From Promethearchaeota archaeon (GTDB taxonomy: Archaea; Asgardarchaeota; Lokiarchaeia; Sigyniarchaeales; SOKP01), in NCBI GenBank assembly GCA_019058295.1, contig JAHPZI010000022.1, forward strand, positions 133,083 to 197,082: a stretch of 64,000 bases of DNA, in the 5' to 3' direction. The stretch's first letter is position 1, and each line of letters opens with the position of its first letter. Shown one piece after another: positions 1-9,509 of this stretch. A program made the translations under genes and the position numbers. The notes beneath the pieces are model-generated. The model was not told where the DNA came from. It made no database searches and saw nothing but the letters and a program-made list of their open reading frames with translations.

Positions 1-1737
1 AGAAACAATGTTATTAGAAGAATCTAGAGTGATTCCAGCCCCTTTTAAGCAAAGATTATCTATTAACTTACCATTGTTAGTATTCGATAAAAGTACTGTA
101 GCTGCTGAAACATTTAAAAGTTTACAGTTTCTGATAATAAAATACTTTTCAGAGTTTTCAATGTAGATACATGGCATCCCCAATTCACGACCATTAACCT
201 CTAACTTCTCTATAATGTAAGGATCATTTGATGTTCCCGAACCACTAACCCACGCTTTTAATTTAGCCGTTTTACTCCAATCCCATGCGTTCACCCCTGA
301 GTCATCAATATAGATTGTCTCACCGAGATGGACTGGGCTACCTACGAGCGGGTAGCCATCCTCGCTGTCTGCTCCTCCAAAAATCCACATATAAGGATCA
401 TCAACGATCCCATCGTTGTCAATGTCGGGTGTTGTATGATTATCCCAATAATTACCAACAATAGAATTATTCCACTGATTATTACTTCCAGAATCACTTG
501 CATGAATTTTGTTCCCGATAAATGAATTATGATAAAATAAGTTATTATCACAACCACTAGATAATTCAATACCAAGTTGGAGGTTATCTTTTATAAGATT
601 TCCTGTAACATTGTTATAATCGCAGTCATCATTTAAATAAATTCCATAATCAGTATTGTTGTATGCGGTGTTGCCTGATATGATGTTATCATGGCATCGA
701 TCATATAAATATAATCCTCGTTGGGAGTTATTATTACAAATGTTTCCCATAATTGTACTATTATCACATTCTTGCCGTAAATATATACCAAATTGTGCAT
801 TATTGTTGGCAGTGTTTTCTGAAAGGATATTATCATCGGAATTGAATCGCAAAATTATTCCTATTTTATTATCGCTAATTTTATTTTCGAAAAGTTTATT
901 ATCGTTACAGCTATAACTTAATCTTATTCCTACATCATTGTTATGAGCAGTATTATCCGTGATGTTATTATTATTGCAGTCGTGTTCAAATTCTATCCCA
1001 AAAGTATTATCGTTTACAGTATTACTCGAAATAATATTTTCCTTACAACGATCAACTATATGTATCCCAATATTAACATTATGATTAGCTGTATTATTCG
1101 AAATCGTGTTATTATTACAAATCTGATCTATATAAATTCCATCATCATCATTGTGATTGACAATATTTTCAGTAAGTTTATTATTATTAGAACCCCCTAT
1201 TAGGTAGATTCCATAATAACTATTATCATTAGCAATATTCTTTGTAATGTTGTTATTTTCACAAGAAATTCGTAAATATATTCCATGTCTGATGTTGGAA
1301 CATGTATTATTTGTTATAAGTCCATTATTAGTATCATATAATTTGATTCCTGCATCATTCGGATTATTACCTGTATTATAAATTGTGCAATTCCTAATGA
1401 TAAAATATTCAACAGAGTTTTGTATTACAATACCGCTACCCGAACCTCCAGCATTTATGGTCACATTTTCGATAATATGCGGATTTTGAGGGGTCCCATC
1501 GTTTACTTGAATCCAATCAAGATCAGTTTCTGTCCAATTATCATTTATAATATAAATATGGTCAATATTCCAATGATCAGACGTTTTTAAGTTTTTAAAG
1601 GTAATATCAGTGTTACCCCCTCTTGGTTTTTTATTTATCTCTACATCAGAACTGAAGTTGTCGTTGGGTATAATCACTAAAGCAAATAGAAACCCTAAAG
1701 TAATCAGAATCGTTAAAGGTTTTGATTTATGCTTCAT
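1..1737 (-). CDS. Right-handed parallel beta-helix (NosD-like) cell-surface protein, runs off the left edge; paralog of 4483..7065
   Basis: Not in the ORF track because there is no stop inside the window. Manual translation from ATG 1737 (AGGTGA SD upstream): MKHKSKPLTILITLGFLFALVII...DWIQVNDGTPQNPHIIENVTINAGGSGSGIVIQNSVEYFIIRNCTIYN, then Asn-rich repeats. A second module (GSGTSNDPYIIEKL...YFIIRNC) starts near 250. Confidence 0.9.
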   Translation of the reverse strand, partial: MKHKSKPLTILITLGFLFALVIIPNDNFSSDVEINKKPRGGNTDITFKNLKTSDHWNIDHIYIINDNWTETDLDWIQVNDGTPQNPHIIENVTINAGGSGSGIVIQNSVEYFIIRNCTIYNTGNNPNDAGIKLYDTNNGLITNNTCSNIRHGIYLRISCENNNITKNIANDNSYYGIYLIGGSNNNKLTENIVNHNDDDGIYIDQICNNNTISNNTANHNVNIGIHIVDRCKENIISSNTVNDNTFGIEFEHDCNNNNITDNTAHNNDVGIRLSYSCNDNKLFENKISDNKIGIILRFNSDDNILSENTANNNAQFGIYLRQECDNSTIMGNICNNNSQRGLYLYDRCHDNIISGNTAYNNTDYGIYLNDDCDYNNVTGNLIKDNLQLGIELSSGCDNNLFYHNSFIGNKIHASDSGSNNQWNNSIVGNYWDNHTTPDIDNDGIVDDPYMWIFGGADSEDGYPLVGSPVHLGETIYIDDSGVNAWDWSKTAKLKAWVSGSGTSNDPYIIEKLEVNGRELGMPCIYIENSEKYFIIRNCKLLNVSAATVLLSNTNNGKLIDNLCLKGAGITLDSSNNIVS

Positions 1738-1843
1738 TTCAATTTCACCTTATAAATATTATGATTTTTAATAGATTTTTATAAAACTTAAATCACATTG
1801 CATTTATAAAGGCATAAGGAAAGTTCTTTTACAATAATAAAAT
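1738..1843 (-). promoter_or_regulatory. Promoter/5' region duplicated upstream of both beta-helix surface-protein genes (copy 1)
   Basis: Aligns over ~105 bp with 7066..7172. On the minus strand it contains an SD (AGGTGA), a TATA-like TTTATA and the shared block ATTGTAAAAGAACYTTCCTTAT. Confidence 0.7.
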
Positions 1844-2034
1844 TGTAAAAATAGAATTCTAATTAGTATAGAAATTATCTTCAGAGACAATGAATAGGAT
1901 TTCGGAATTTGTGAGTAGAACTTAAAATAGTGAGATTTTTATGTTTAAGTTAGTTCCAATCTTTAAAAAATCACTTTTTTATACATTTTTATATAATCAA
2001 TGCAATATTAAATTAGTGAATTATAAATTATCTA

Positions 2035-2790
2035 TTGAATGATGATTATTTGGCGATAAATTTAAGAAATTTTCTATGCTTGGATCATCCAAGTGTCCAG
2101 AGTGTAATAGAAATAGCTCAAGAGATAATTAGCGATAATAGAGTTTTAGATACGGAAACTCTCTACAATATCGCAAAAAATCGCCTCCAAATACCCCATA
2201 AAGGGCTATTAAGTATCATTCAATTTCTTATTAACAAGAAGATTTTGGTTGAGGGGTCGAAATTTACAAAAGATTTAGTCCTAAAGAATGTAAATAGAAA
2301 AAGGATATACAATTTCATTACATCTCATATCGGCGTACACTTTTCAATCATAAAAAAGGTTCTTTTTGATGCAGAAAGCGATAAATCTGGAAGCACGGGG
2401 CAATTACTTTGGCATTTAAAAATGTTAATTAAATTCAATTATATCAAAAAAATCAGATTTAAGAAATATACACTCTTCATCCCAGTCGAAATTGATCATA
2501 AGGTTGGAATAATTTTCTTCTTATTACGTGACAAAATCAATAAAAAAATAGTAAACTTACTCATCAACGAACAAAAAGTTGAAAAATCCGAAATATACAA
2601 ACATATAAATGAACAAAGAGAATTAGTTTATTATCGAATTAATGATTTAACAGATCATGAAATAATTACCCAATCTCGCGAGGAAGATTGCTTAATTAAC
2701 TTAAATCAACATAATAAGGAACTAATTGTTCAAATCTATAATATTATTACAAATTTAAAAACAAAAAATTCTATAATACAAAGGGAGTAA
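2035..2790 (+). CDS. Multi-winged-helix transcriptional regulator
   Basis: LKNVNRKRIYNFITSHIGVHFS...GQLLWHLKML wHTH motif, with additional wHTH-like segments at both ends; TTG start. Confidence 0.75.
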   Translation: MNDDYLAINLRNFLCLDHPSVQSVIEIAQEIISDNRVLDTETLYNIAKNRLQIPHKGLLSIIQFLINKKILVEGSKFTKDLVLKNVNRKRIYNFITSHIGVHFSIIKKVLFDAESDKSGSTGQLLWHLKMLIKFNYIKKIRFKKYTLFIPVEIDHKVGIIFFLLRDKINKKIVNLLINEQKVEKSEIYKHINEQRELVYYRINDLTDHEIITQSREEDCLINLNQHNKELIVQIYNIITNLKTKNSIIQRE

Positions 2791-2828
2791 TGATTAAATA
2801 TTAATTTAAAAGAGGTATTTTTAAGACA

Positions 2829-4145
2829 ATGGCTTTAAACTGGACACCTGAAGTGATAATAGATTTAATATTGTCGATCGTAATTTTTATCTCTGCAATC
2901 TTAACTTATGAAATTCCAAATACAAAAAAAATAAAGTCTTTATTTTATATCAGATTAGGAATTATTTTTATGGCATTATTTTTTCTATTTGAAGGATTAT
3001 CTTTTATATTTATGAGCATTTTTCTTCATCAAATCCATTCCATTTTGATTTTATTTTCTACATTTTTTTTATTAATAGGAATTAATTATACTATGAGAGA
3101 ATCTCCAATTTCATGGAATTTAATTCCACTATTTCTATTTGCTATACCTTTTTTCTACTTGACATTTCAGCCCAGTATGATCATTAATACTTATGAGTTT
3201 GGCTATAAGACAATTGCTTGGACAGGATTACTCATTATCGTAGGAGCTTTTATTAGTATTTTAGCGGCTACAATTCTCTTTTATTGGGGTTTAAAGACAT
3301 ATTTTAACTCACCATTCTTAATCAAAAAGGAGGCAAAATTATTTTTTATTGGCACTACGCTTAACTCTATTATTCCCACATGTATTTATCTGTTAACGCT
3401 ATGGATTCCGATCTTAATTTTATTGTGTGATTTCATTATGATAATAGGAACATTAATTTTTATTATTGCCATTATAAAAGAACCTAAACTTCTCTATATT
3501 TTACCGTTTACTATTTACCGAATAAGTGTAAAAGATAGGAAAGGCTTTCCTTTGTTTGATCATGACTGGTCTAAATCAGATATCAACGAGACTTTATTTA
3601 CAGGATTTATTAACGCAGTTCAAATGATGAGTCAGGAAGTTATGGACATTGGAGGATTAGTCGATATTCATTTAGAGGAGGGAATTCTAATGTTACAAGA
3701 ATCTGAATATATAACTGTTGGATTGGTTGCCTCTAAATCATCCAAATTATTACAAGAAGCGCTTATAAATTTCTCAAAAGATTTTCAAATCATGTTCAAG
3801 AGAGAGTTAAAACAATCATGCAAAGATATGGTCAAATATGAAGCCGCCTATGAGTTAATTGAAAAATATTTCTCAAACTTTCCATATAGAATCATTACCA
3901 GTAAAAAACAGAAGCTTCTTTTATCTGGGAAATTTGTAAAAATACCTCTTGAATTAGACAATCAACTTAAAAGTGTGTTCAAGGATCAGAATGAATATGA
4001 AGCAGTTAAAGCAGAATTGATTAAAACGCCCCTATCCTTTCCATCAGAATTTCTAAACTTTGTTGATGAGTTCAAAAAAGAAATTAAAGAGTTGGATAAC
4101 GATGATTATAAATATTTAGATTGGGAATATGATGAGGAAAATTGA
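2829..4145 (+). CDS. Seven-TM membrane protein with a C-terminal longin-like cytoplasmic domain
   Basis: About 7 hydrophobic helices in aa 1-220, then YRISVKDRKGFPLFDHDW...LFTGFINAVQMMSQEV...LVDIHLEEGILML...ITVGLVAS...LQEALINFSKDF, matching the longin beta-beta-alpha-beta-beta-beta-alpha pattern. Confidence 0.7.
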   Translation: MALNWTPEVIIDLILSIVIFISAILTYEIPNTKKIKSLFYIRLGIIFMALFFLFEGLSFIFMSIFLHQIHSILILFSTFFLLIGINYTMRESPISWNLIPLFLFAIPFFYLTFQPSMIINTYEFGYKTIAWTGLLIIVGAFISILAATILFYWGLKTYFNSPFLIKKEAKLFFIGTTLNSIIPTCIYLLTLWIPILILLCDFIMIIGTLIFIIAIIKEPKLLYILPFTIYRISVKDRKGFPLFDHDWSKSDINETLFTGFINAVQMMSQEVMDIGGLVDIHLEEGILMLQESEYITVGLVASKSSKLLQEALINFSKDFQIMFKRELKQSCKDMVKYEAAYELIEKYFSNFPYRIITSKKQKLLLSGKFVKIPLELDNQLKSVFKDQNEYEAVKAELIKTPLSFPSEFLNFVDEFKKEIKELDNDDYKYLDWEYDEEN

Positions 4146-4379
4146 TTTATAATTTGAGGTTTTGTCGAATTCACAAGTTAAGGAAGCTTTACTTTTTGTA
4201 AAATATCATTCCTCATACCTTTTTATAAGCAAGTTGATTTAAATTCCCTAACAACATCCTTAAAAATGTCAAAGCATGTAAATAGGAAGATAATTCAAAA
4301 GAAGATATATTTTAATACTCTTATAAGGTTATCAATATAATAAAAAAGTTAAAAGAAAAGGATTTTAAAAAAAAATTAT

Positions 4380-4454
4380 TTATGAGAAGGGATGAGGCTT
4401 ATAATTTCACTTTAAAGTTGGAATTTTTAGAAATCTGAGCTCAACCCTTCATAA
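4380..4454. terminator. Long imperfect hairpin between convergent genes
   Basis: TTATGAGAAGGGATGAGGCT ... AGCTCAACCCTTCATAA arms pair; lies between the 3' ends of 2829..4145(+) and 4483..7065(-). Confidence 0.4.
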
Positions 4455-4482
4455 TTTATATTTCCTTATATTTTTATTATCT

Positions 4483-7065
4483 TTATTTAGATATTTTAGA
4501 TTTTTTTATAAATTTCCATCGCTTTCTCGTTAATAATCCCAATGTTAATAAACACATTCCAACTAAAATTAGTATATTGTATCCCAGAATGGCTTCTGCT
4601 TTATCTTCTTTATCGTCATCATCATCCCCATTTGATAAAATTACTGGAGTGGAAGGAGTGGAAGGAATTTCAACTAGATTCACATAAATTGAATCTTCTG
4701 TCTCATTATTACCTACTAAATCAACGGCATAATAATAAATGATATAGTGTGCAGGAATAAGGCCAGATAAGTTAAAAGGTGTACTATATTCAAATTCTTC
4801 AGAATTATTGATTTTGTATTTAATTATAGATACTCCAGAACCAGAAAAATCATGAGCATTCAGAGTAAATAATGTGCTTTCATTTACAAGATTAGGTTTA
4901 ATATGGGGTATATAGGATATTAATGAGCTTGGTGCAATAGTATCAACTGTAAAAGATCTTGATAAAGTTTGAAATTTTGTCCCAATCGAGTTGTTTCCAA
5001 ATATCTGAATTGTGTGCATTCCATCACAAGGTAATGGAATAGTAGTATTACCTAAAATAGTTCTATTAGTTTGAGCGTCTAAAGAATACCCCATCCAATC
5101 AAGATTAGTGGAATTTTTGAAATTTAATAATAAGTCTTCATTCAGATTATCTCCAATTTTATAATTATCATCCCAAGAATATCCCACGGCATCTATACAT
5201 AATTTATAAGATACTGCGGCTGTTCCAGTCCAGAATGAAAGTGTATCAATATAATCTCTATCACCAAATCTAAAACCAATCTCCTGGGAGGTAATATTAT
5301 CAATAATAACCCTATATGTATCAGGTGAAAGTCCTTTATAACCACCATTTCCACATTCGAATTCTATTTTTACATGCATCCAGGTATTAACAACAGGAGC
5401 AGGCATTTGATCAACGCCATTTTCTTGGTAAATATCATACCATATACCCCCGATGCGATAGTGCCATTCACTGATCATAATTCTGAAATCGGGACCGATA
5501 TTGGCTCCTTCTAATACTCTTATCCTTTGAGGGTCATTTTGAATGTATCCAGTTCGTATCCAAAATTCTATAGTTCCATTCGTTTGCTGATTAAAGATAT
5601 TATCCGCCCAACGAATATCTCCACCATTATTATCAATTTCCATTACTTTTTTATGATTTCCCAAAGATTCAATTACACTACATCTGCTTCCAGTCCACCC
5701 AAAAGGCAGTGAACCATCATTATCATTTTCGAAACCGTAAGTGGCATGGTAATATCCAGCCATCGACTTATAAGTTTTATTTTCTGGGGTAACTATTTTA
5801 ATTATTGGTGAAGATATTGGAAAATTATCAACACTACCTGCAGTACCTGGAATAGCATAAGGGATGTCTCCAATTCCATCACCATTTTTATCAATCCCTA
5901 GATAATCACTATAATAATTTCCTAAAATATCGTTATCCCAGTTATTATATGTTCCGTTATCCATCGCATTATTAGAATTTGCAATGAATTCATTCAAATA
6001 AATTGTATTGTTAATACAATCTTCTAAATATATTCCATTTCGATTATTTTCTTTTACGGTATTTCCTAATATAGTGTTATTATGACAATCTCTTAAAAAT
6101 ATTCCATCCCGAGTACTATTAGATATAGTGTTTTCTAATATTGTATTATTTGTACAATCATTACTGATATATATCCCATCTATTGTATTATTAAATATAA
6201 TGTTTCTTGAGATCGTGTTATTCTTACAATTATTAGTCATAAATATCCCGTACCACTGTGAAGTTGTCATGTCAGTGCTCATATTATTTCCTGAGACAAC
6301 ATTATCATTACAATAAATAGTCACATATATACCAGAGCGGTCATTGTCATTTGCTGTGTTATTCGTGATAGTATTATTATTGCAGACAATTAAAAGTATC
6401 CCATCCTGTTTATTTTTATTTGCATTGTTTTCCGAAATAGTGTTATTATCGCTGCTATCTAGATAAATTCCATTGTAATCATTATATTCTAAAGTGTTTC
6501 CAGATATGCTATTATTATCACTCAGATATAGAAAAATCCCATTTCTATTATTGCTTATATTGTTTCTTAACAGAAAATTATTATTACAATTTTCACGTAA
6601 GTGTATACCGTGTCTTTTATTATTAGAGCAATTATTCTCGATTATTTGTCCATTGTCAGTATTTCTTAAAAGTATCGCAGCATCACTACTTACGATACCA
6701 GAATTATACACTGTGCAATTTCTAATGATAAAATAATCGTTTGAATCTTCAATTATTATACCACTACCCATTCCTACAGCATTTATGGTTACGTTTTCTA
6801 TAATATGTGGATTTTGGGGAGTTCCAGCTCCTACTTGAATCCAATCTAATGCCGTAGCTGACCAATTATCATTTAGAATGTGAATATGATTAGTTTTCCA
6901 ATGTCCAGAAGTGTTTGGGTTTTTAAAGTTCCTCTCGGTGATATTTGCACTTTTTCTTTCATTTATCTCTATGTCAGCAAAGAAATTGTTGTTGTTTATA
7001 ATCATTAAACAAAATAAAAATCCTAATGTAATCAGAATAGTTAAATGTGTTGTTTTAAACTTCAT
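4483..7065 (-). CDS. NosD-like beta-helix cell-surface glycoprotein with Ig-like domains and a C-terminal membrane anchor (Loki-CTERM-like)
   Basis: Signal peptide; GIxLxxSxNNTIxxN repeats; GNYYSDY..D.NGDGIGDIPY motif; VDTIAP linker; PST/acidic linker, then ILGYNILILVGMCLLTLGLL-TRKRWK anchor. Confidence 0.88.
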   Translation of the reverse strand: MKFKTTHLTILITLGFLFCLMIINNNNFFADIEINERKSANITERNFKNPNTSGHWKTNHIHILNDNWSATALDWIQVGAGTPQNPHIIENVTINAVGMGSGIIIEDSNDYFIIRNCTVYNSGIVSSDAAILLRNTDNGQIIENNCSNNKRHGIHLRENCNNNFLLRNNISNNRNGIFLYLSDNNSISGNTLEYNDYNGIYLDSSDNNTISENNANKNKQDGILLIVCNNNTITNNTANDNDRSGIYVTIYCNDNVVSGNNMSTDMTTSQWYGIFMTNNCKNNTISRNIIFNNTIDGIYISNDCTNNTILENTISNSTRDGIFLRDCHNNTILGNTVKENNRNGIYLEDCINNTIYLNEFIANSNNAMDNGTYNNWDNDILGNYYSDYLGIDKNGDGIGDIPYAIPGTAGSVDNFPISSPIIKIVTPENKTYKSMAGYYHATYGFENDNDGSLPFGWTGSRCSVIESLGNHKKVMEIDNNGGDIRWADNIFNQQTNGTIEFWIRTGYIQNDPQRIRVLEGANIGPDFRIMISEWHYRIGGIWYDIYQENGVDQMPAPVVNTWMHVKIEFECGNGGYKGLSPDTYRVIIDNITSQEIGFRFGDRDYIDTLSFWTGTAAVSYKLCIDAVGYSWDDNYKIGDNLNEDLLLNFKNSTNLDWMGYSLDAQTNRTILGNTTIPLPCDGMHTIQIFGNNSIGTKFQTLSRSFTVDTIAPSSLISYIPHIKPNLVNESTLFTLNAHDFSGSGVSIIKYKINNSEEFEYSTPFNLSGLIPAHYIIYYYAVDLVGNNETEDSIYVNLVEIPSTPSTPVILSNGDDDDDKEDKAEAILGYNILILVGMCLLTLGLLTRKRWKFIKKSKISK

Positions 7066-7172
7066 TTAAATTTCACCTTGTAAAAAGTATGATTTTTGAT
7101 AGATTTTTATAACACTCGAATCATGTTACCTATATAAAGGAATAAGGAAGGTTCTTTTACAATAGCAAAATT
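7066..7172 (-). promoter_or_regulatory. Duplicated promoter/5' region (copy 2)
   Basis: Aligns with 1738..1843. Confidence 0.7.
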
Positions 7173-7355
7173 TTTAGTGAATTTGGAAAAAATCAAGGAG
7201 TAGTTTATAAATGGATGAACGTCAGATAGGTGATAATTTTAATAAGTCGAAATTAAATGATTTAACAAATTCGTTGAGAAAAAAATATATATAAGAGGAA
7301 GTCTCAAAAATCTATTACTCAAATACTTAAAATCCTTAATAATAATAATAATTTT

Positions 7356-7382
7356 AAAAGTATAAAAAGTATAAAAAGTATA
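7356..7382 (+). repeat. Perfect 3 x 9-nt direct repeat AAAAGTATA upstream of tes
   Basis: AAAAGTATA at 7356, 7365 and 7374. Confidence 0.75.
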
Positions 7383-7455
7383 GACTCTTTTTTTAAAATT
7401 AAATCTATTTTTAATAGAATAAATAACTTTTTTATTATTTTAGGTGTAAAGATTA

Positions 7456-9174
7456 ATGTATCATATTGACGGAACGGACTACTTGAAAACCCCCTACTAT
7501 AGTAAAACACGAAGTCTTTGTCCTGAATGCTTACAAAGGATCGGTGCTGAGATTTACGAAGAGAATGATCAAATTTGGATGAGAAAAACGTGTCCTGATC
7601 ATGGGGATTTCAAAGATATAATCAGTTCATCCGCAAAATATTATAAATGGACTCACTATAAGACTGAAAATTGGAGTTTTGATAAAGATGGCGATGCTAA
7701 TCCTCCAGATTGCGAGATTACTGATAAAAGGGGGTGTCCTTATAATTGTGGTTTATGTCCTGAACATTTGTCTACTTGTTCTTTAGCGCTAATAGATCTT
7801 ACAAATCGATGTAATTTCAACTGTAATTTCTGCTACGCTAATGTTCAGAAAGCTGGATATTTGATTGAGCCAAGTTTAGAAGAGATTGATAGAATAATGG
7901 CGCACTTTAGAAACAAACCAATACCGGCACCTTCCATTATGTTTACGGGAGGCGAGCCTACAGTAAGAAAAGATTTTCCCGAAATCTGCGCTATGGCTAA
8001 AAAACACGGTTTTAAAGAAGTTATTGTTGCAACTAACGGTTATGGATTCCAGAGAAAGAATGGAGGGCTTGAATGGACGAAAAAAGTTTTCGAGGCGGGT
8101 TTAGATACTTTATACTTTCAATTTGATGGCATAAATAATGCTACTTATGAAAAAACTCGTGGAATTAAGAATTTAATGGAATACAAACAGAGAGTTATAG
8201 AAAATTGCCGAAAGGCAGAGCTCACATCAATTGTTTTAGTTGCTACAATTGCTAAGGGTGTTACCGATATAGAAATTGGAAATATTATTCAATATGCAAT
8301 TGATAATATTGACGTGGTTAGAGGAATCACATTCCAGCCTGTAGCTCTATGTGGGAGAATAACTGCTGAAGATATGCAAGAATTGAGAATAACAAATGCT
8401 GATGTAATTCAAGAGATTGATAACCAAACGGGAGGCAAAATTAGTATTGAAAGTGCATGGTATCCTTTAACAACAATTGTTGAATGGGGAAGAATAATTG
8501 CATATTTGGCAGACATAGAACCTGTTGAATTTACTTGCCATCCTGATTGTGGATTTGCCACATACCTCGCAATAGACCCAGAGACTAACGAAATGGTTTC
8601 AATAATGGATTATTTTGATCCTTTGAAGATTATTGATTTTGCTAATAAATTTTGGGATAAAATTAAGAATAAAGAAAAAGAACCAATTAAATTCTTCTCA
8701 AGTTTATTAGGAGATTTTGGTGAAACCTTGGATAAAGGTGTTAATTGGTTAGACAAACAACAATTGAAAGCAAGATTCCTTTTAGCTATGTTGCAACATA
8801 CAAAGAAACCTGGAAAACTTATGGAGATGTTTAGCAGAGTATTGATAGATGGAAAATGGGATAGTATAAGTGCGTTTACACATGGAACGCTTTTAATAAG
8901 TTCGATGCATTTTCAGGATGCATATGATTTCAATATTGAAAGAGTAAAGCGCTGTATAGTTCATTTTGGAGTCGCTATGCCTGATGGGACAGTAAAAGAG
9001 GTCTCATTTTGTACAATGAACACTCTCCACCGACCTGAAATAGAAAAGCAGGTTGCGAAGAAATTAACAGAAAAAGTCAAAAACGAATTCGATACCACAA
9101 TGGGTTATCGAGTAGACGAAATCGATCAAGAAGTTGCCCATAATGGGGGAACAATCAAGGATGAGGAATTTTAA
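7456..9174 (+). CDS. tes: Tetraether lipid synthase (Tes/GDGT-MAS, MJ0619-type radical SAM)
   Basis: N-terminal SLCPEC..KTCPDHG, GCPYNCGLCPEH, radical SAM CNFNCNFC, FTCHPDCG, MHFQDAYDFNIERVKRCIVH and SFCTMN motifs. Confidence 0.88.
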   Translation: MYHIDGTDYLKTPYYSKTRSLCPECLQRIGAEIYEENDQIWMRKTCPDHGDFKDIISSSAKYYKWTHYKTENWSFDKDGDANPPDCEITDKRGCPYNCGLCPEHLSTCSLALIDLTNRCNFNCNFCYANVQKAGYLIEPSLEEIDRIMAHFRNKPIPAPSIMFTGGEPTVRKDFPEICAMAKKHGFKEVIVATNGYGFQRKNGGLEWTKKVFEAGLDTLYFQFDGINNATYEKTRGIKNLMEYKQRVIENCRKAELTSIVLVATIAKGVTDIEIGNIIQYAIDNIDVVRGITFQPVALCGRITAEDMQELRITNADVIQEIDNQTGGKISIESAWYPLTTIVEWGRIIAYLADIEPVEFTCHPDCGFATYLAIDPETNEMVSIMDYFDPLKIIDFANKFWDKIKNKEKEPIKFFSSLLGDFGETLDKGVNWLDKQQLKARFLLAMLQHTKKPGKLMEMFSRVLIDGKWDSISAFTHGTLLISSMHFQDAYDFNIERVKRCIVHFGVAMPDGTVKEVSFCTMNTLHRPEIEKQVAKKLTEKVKNEFDTTMGYRVDEIDQEVAHNGGTIKDEEF

Positions 9175-9188
9175 GAGGTGATTTATAA

Positions 9189-9464
9189 ATGGCTGAAATA
9201 GATCCTGAATCTGGATTGAAATTAAGGAAATTGACTGAATTAAAACCTACAGCTGCTGAAGAATATCAAGAAGCGATGTTGAATAGAGTGGACTATTTTT
9301 CAAAAAAAAGGGATTCCACATTTAATAGTTTCGTTGAAAATACTATAGTAGGCAGTCTTAAGATTTTGTTAGATTTAAAAGTGAAAGTTGAGGAAATGCT
9401 TGGCGACGACAATAAGGAAAAGGTCCATGAGATGATTGATAAATTACTTTTATTTGGTCTTTAA
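9189..9464 (+). CDS. Hypothetical protein, co-oriented with tes
   Basis: GAGGTGA SD, 91-aa ORF directly after tes. Confidence 0.7.
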   Translation: MAEIDPESGLKLRKLTELKPTAAEEYQEAMLNRVDYFSKKRDSTFNSFVENTIVGSLKILLDLKVKVEEMLGDDNKEKVHEMIDKLLLFGL

Positions 9465-9509
9465 TTTATTTTTCACAATATTTTTTTAAATTACATTTTT
9501 TTAATTATA

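Noticed and set aside
328-1203. Short ORFs in the track on both strands (328, 342, 633, 656, 943)
   Set aside because: Shadows of the long minus-strand beta-helix gene 1737..<1, which the track missed because its stop lies outside the window.
4380-4454. AUGA-starting hairpin as a eukaryote-like SECIS element
   Set aside because: The AUGA pairs Watson-Crick with UCAU rather than forming the GA quartet, and the adjacent genes have no in-frame UGA.
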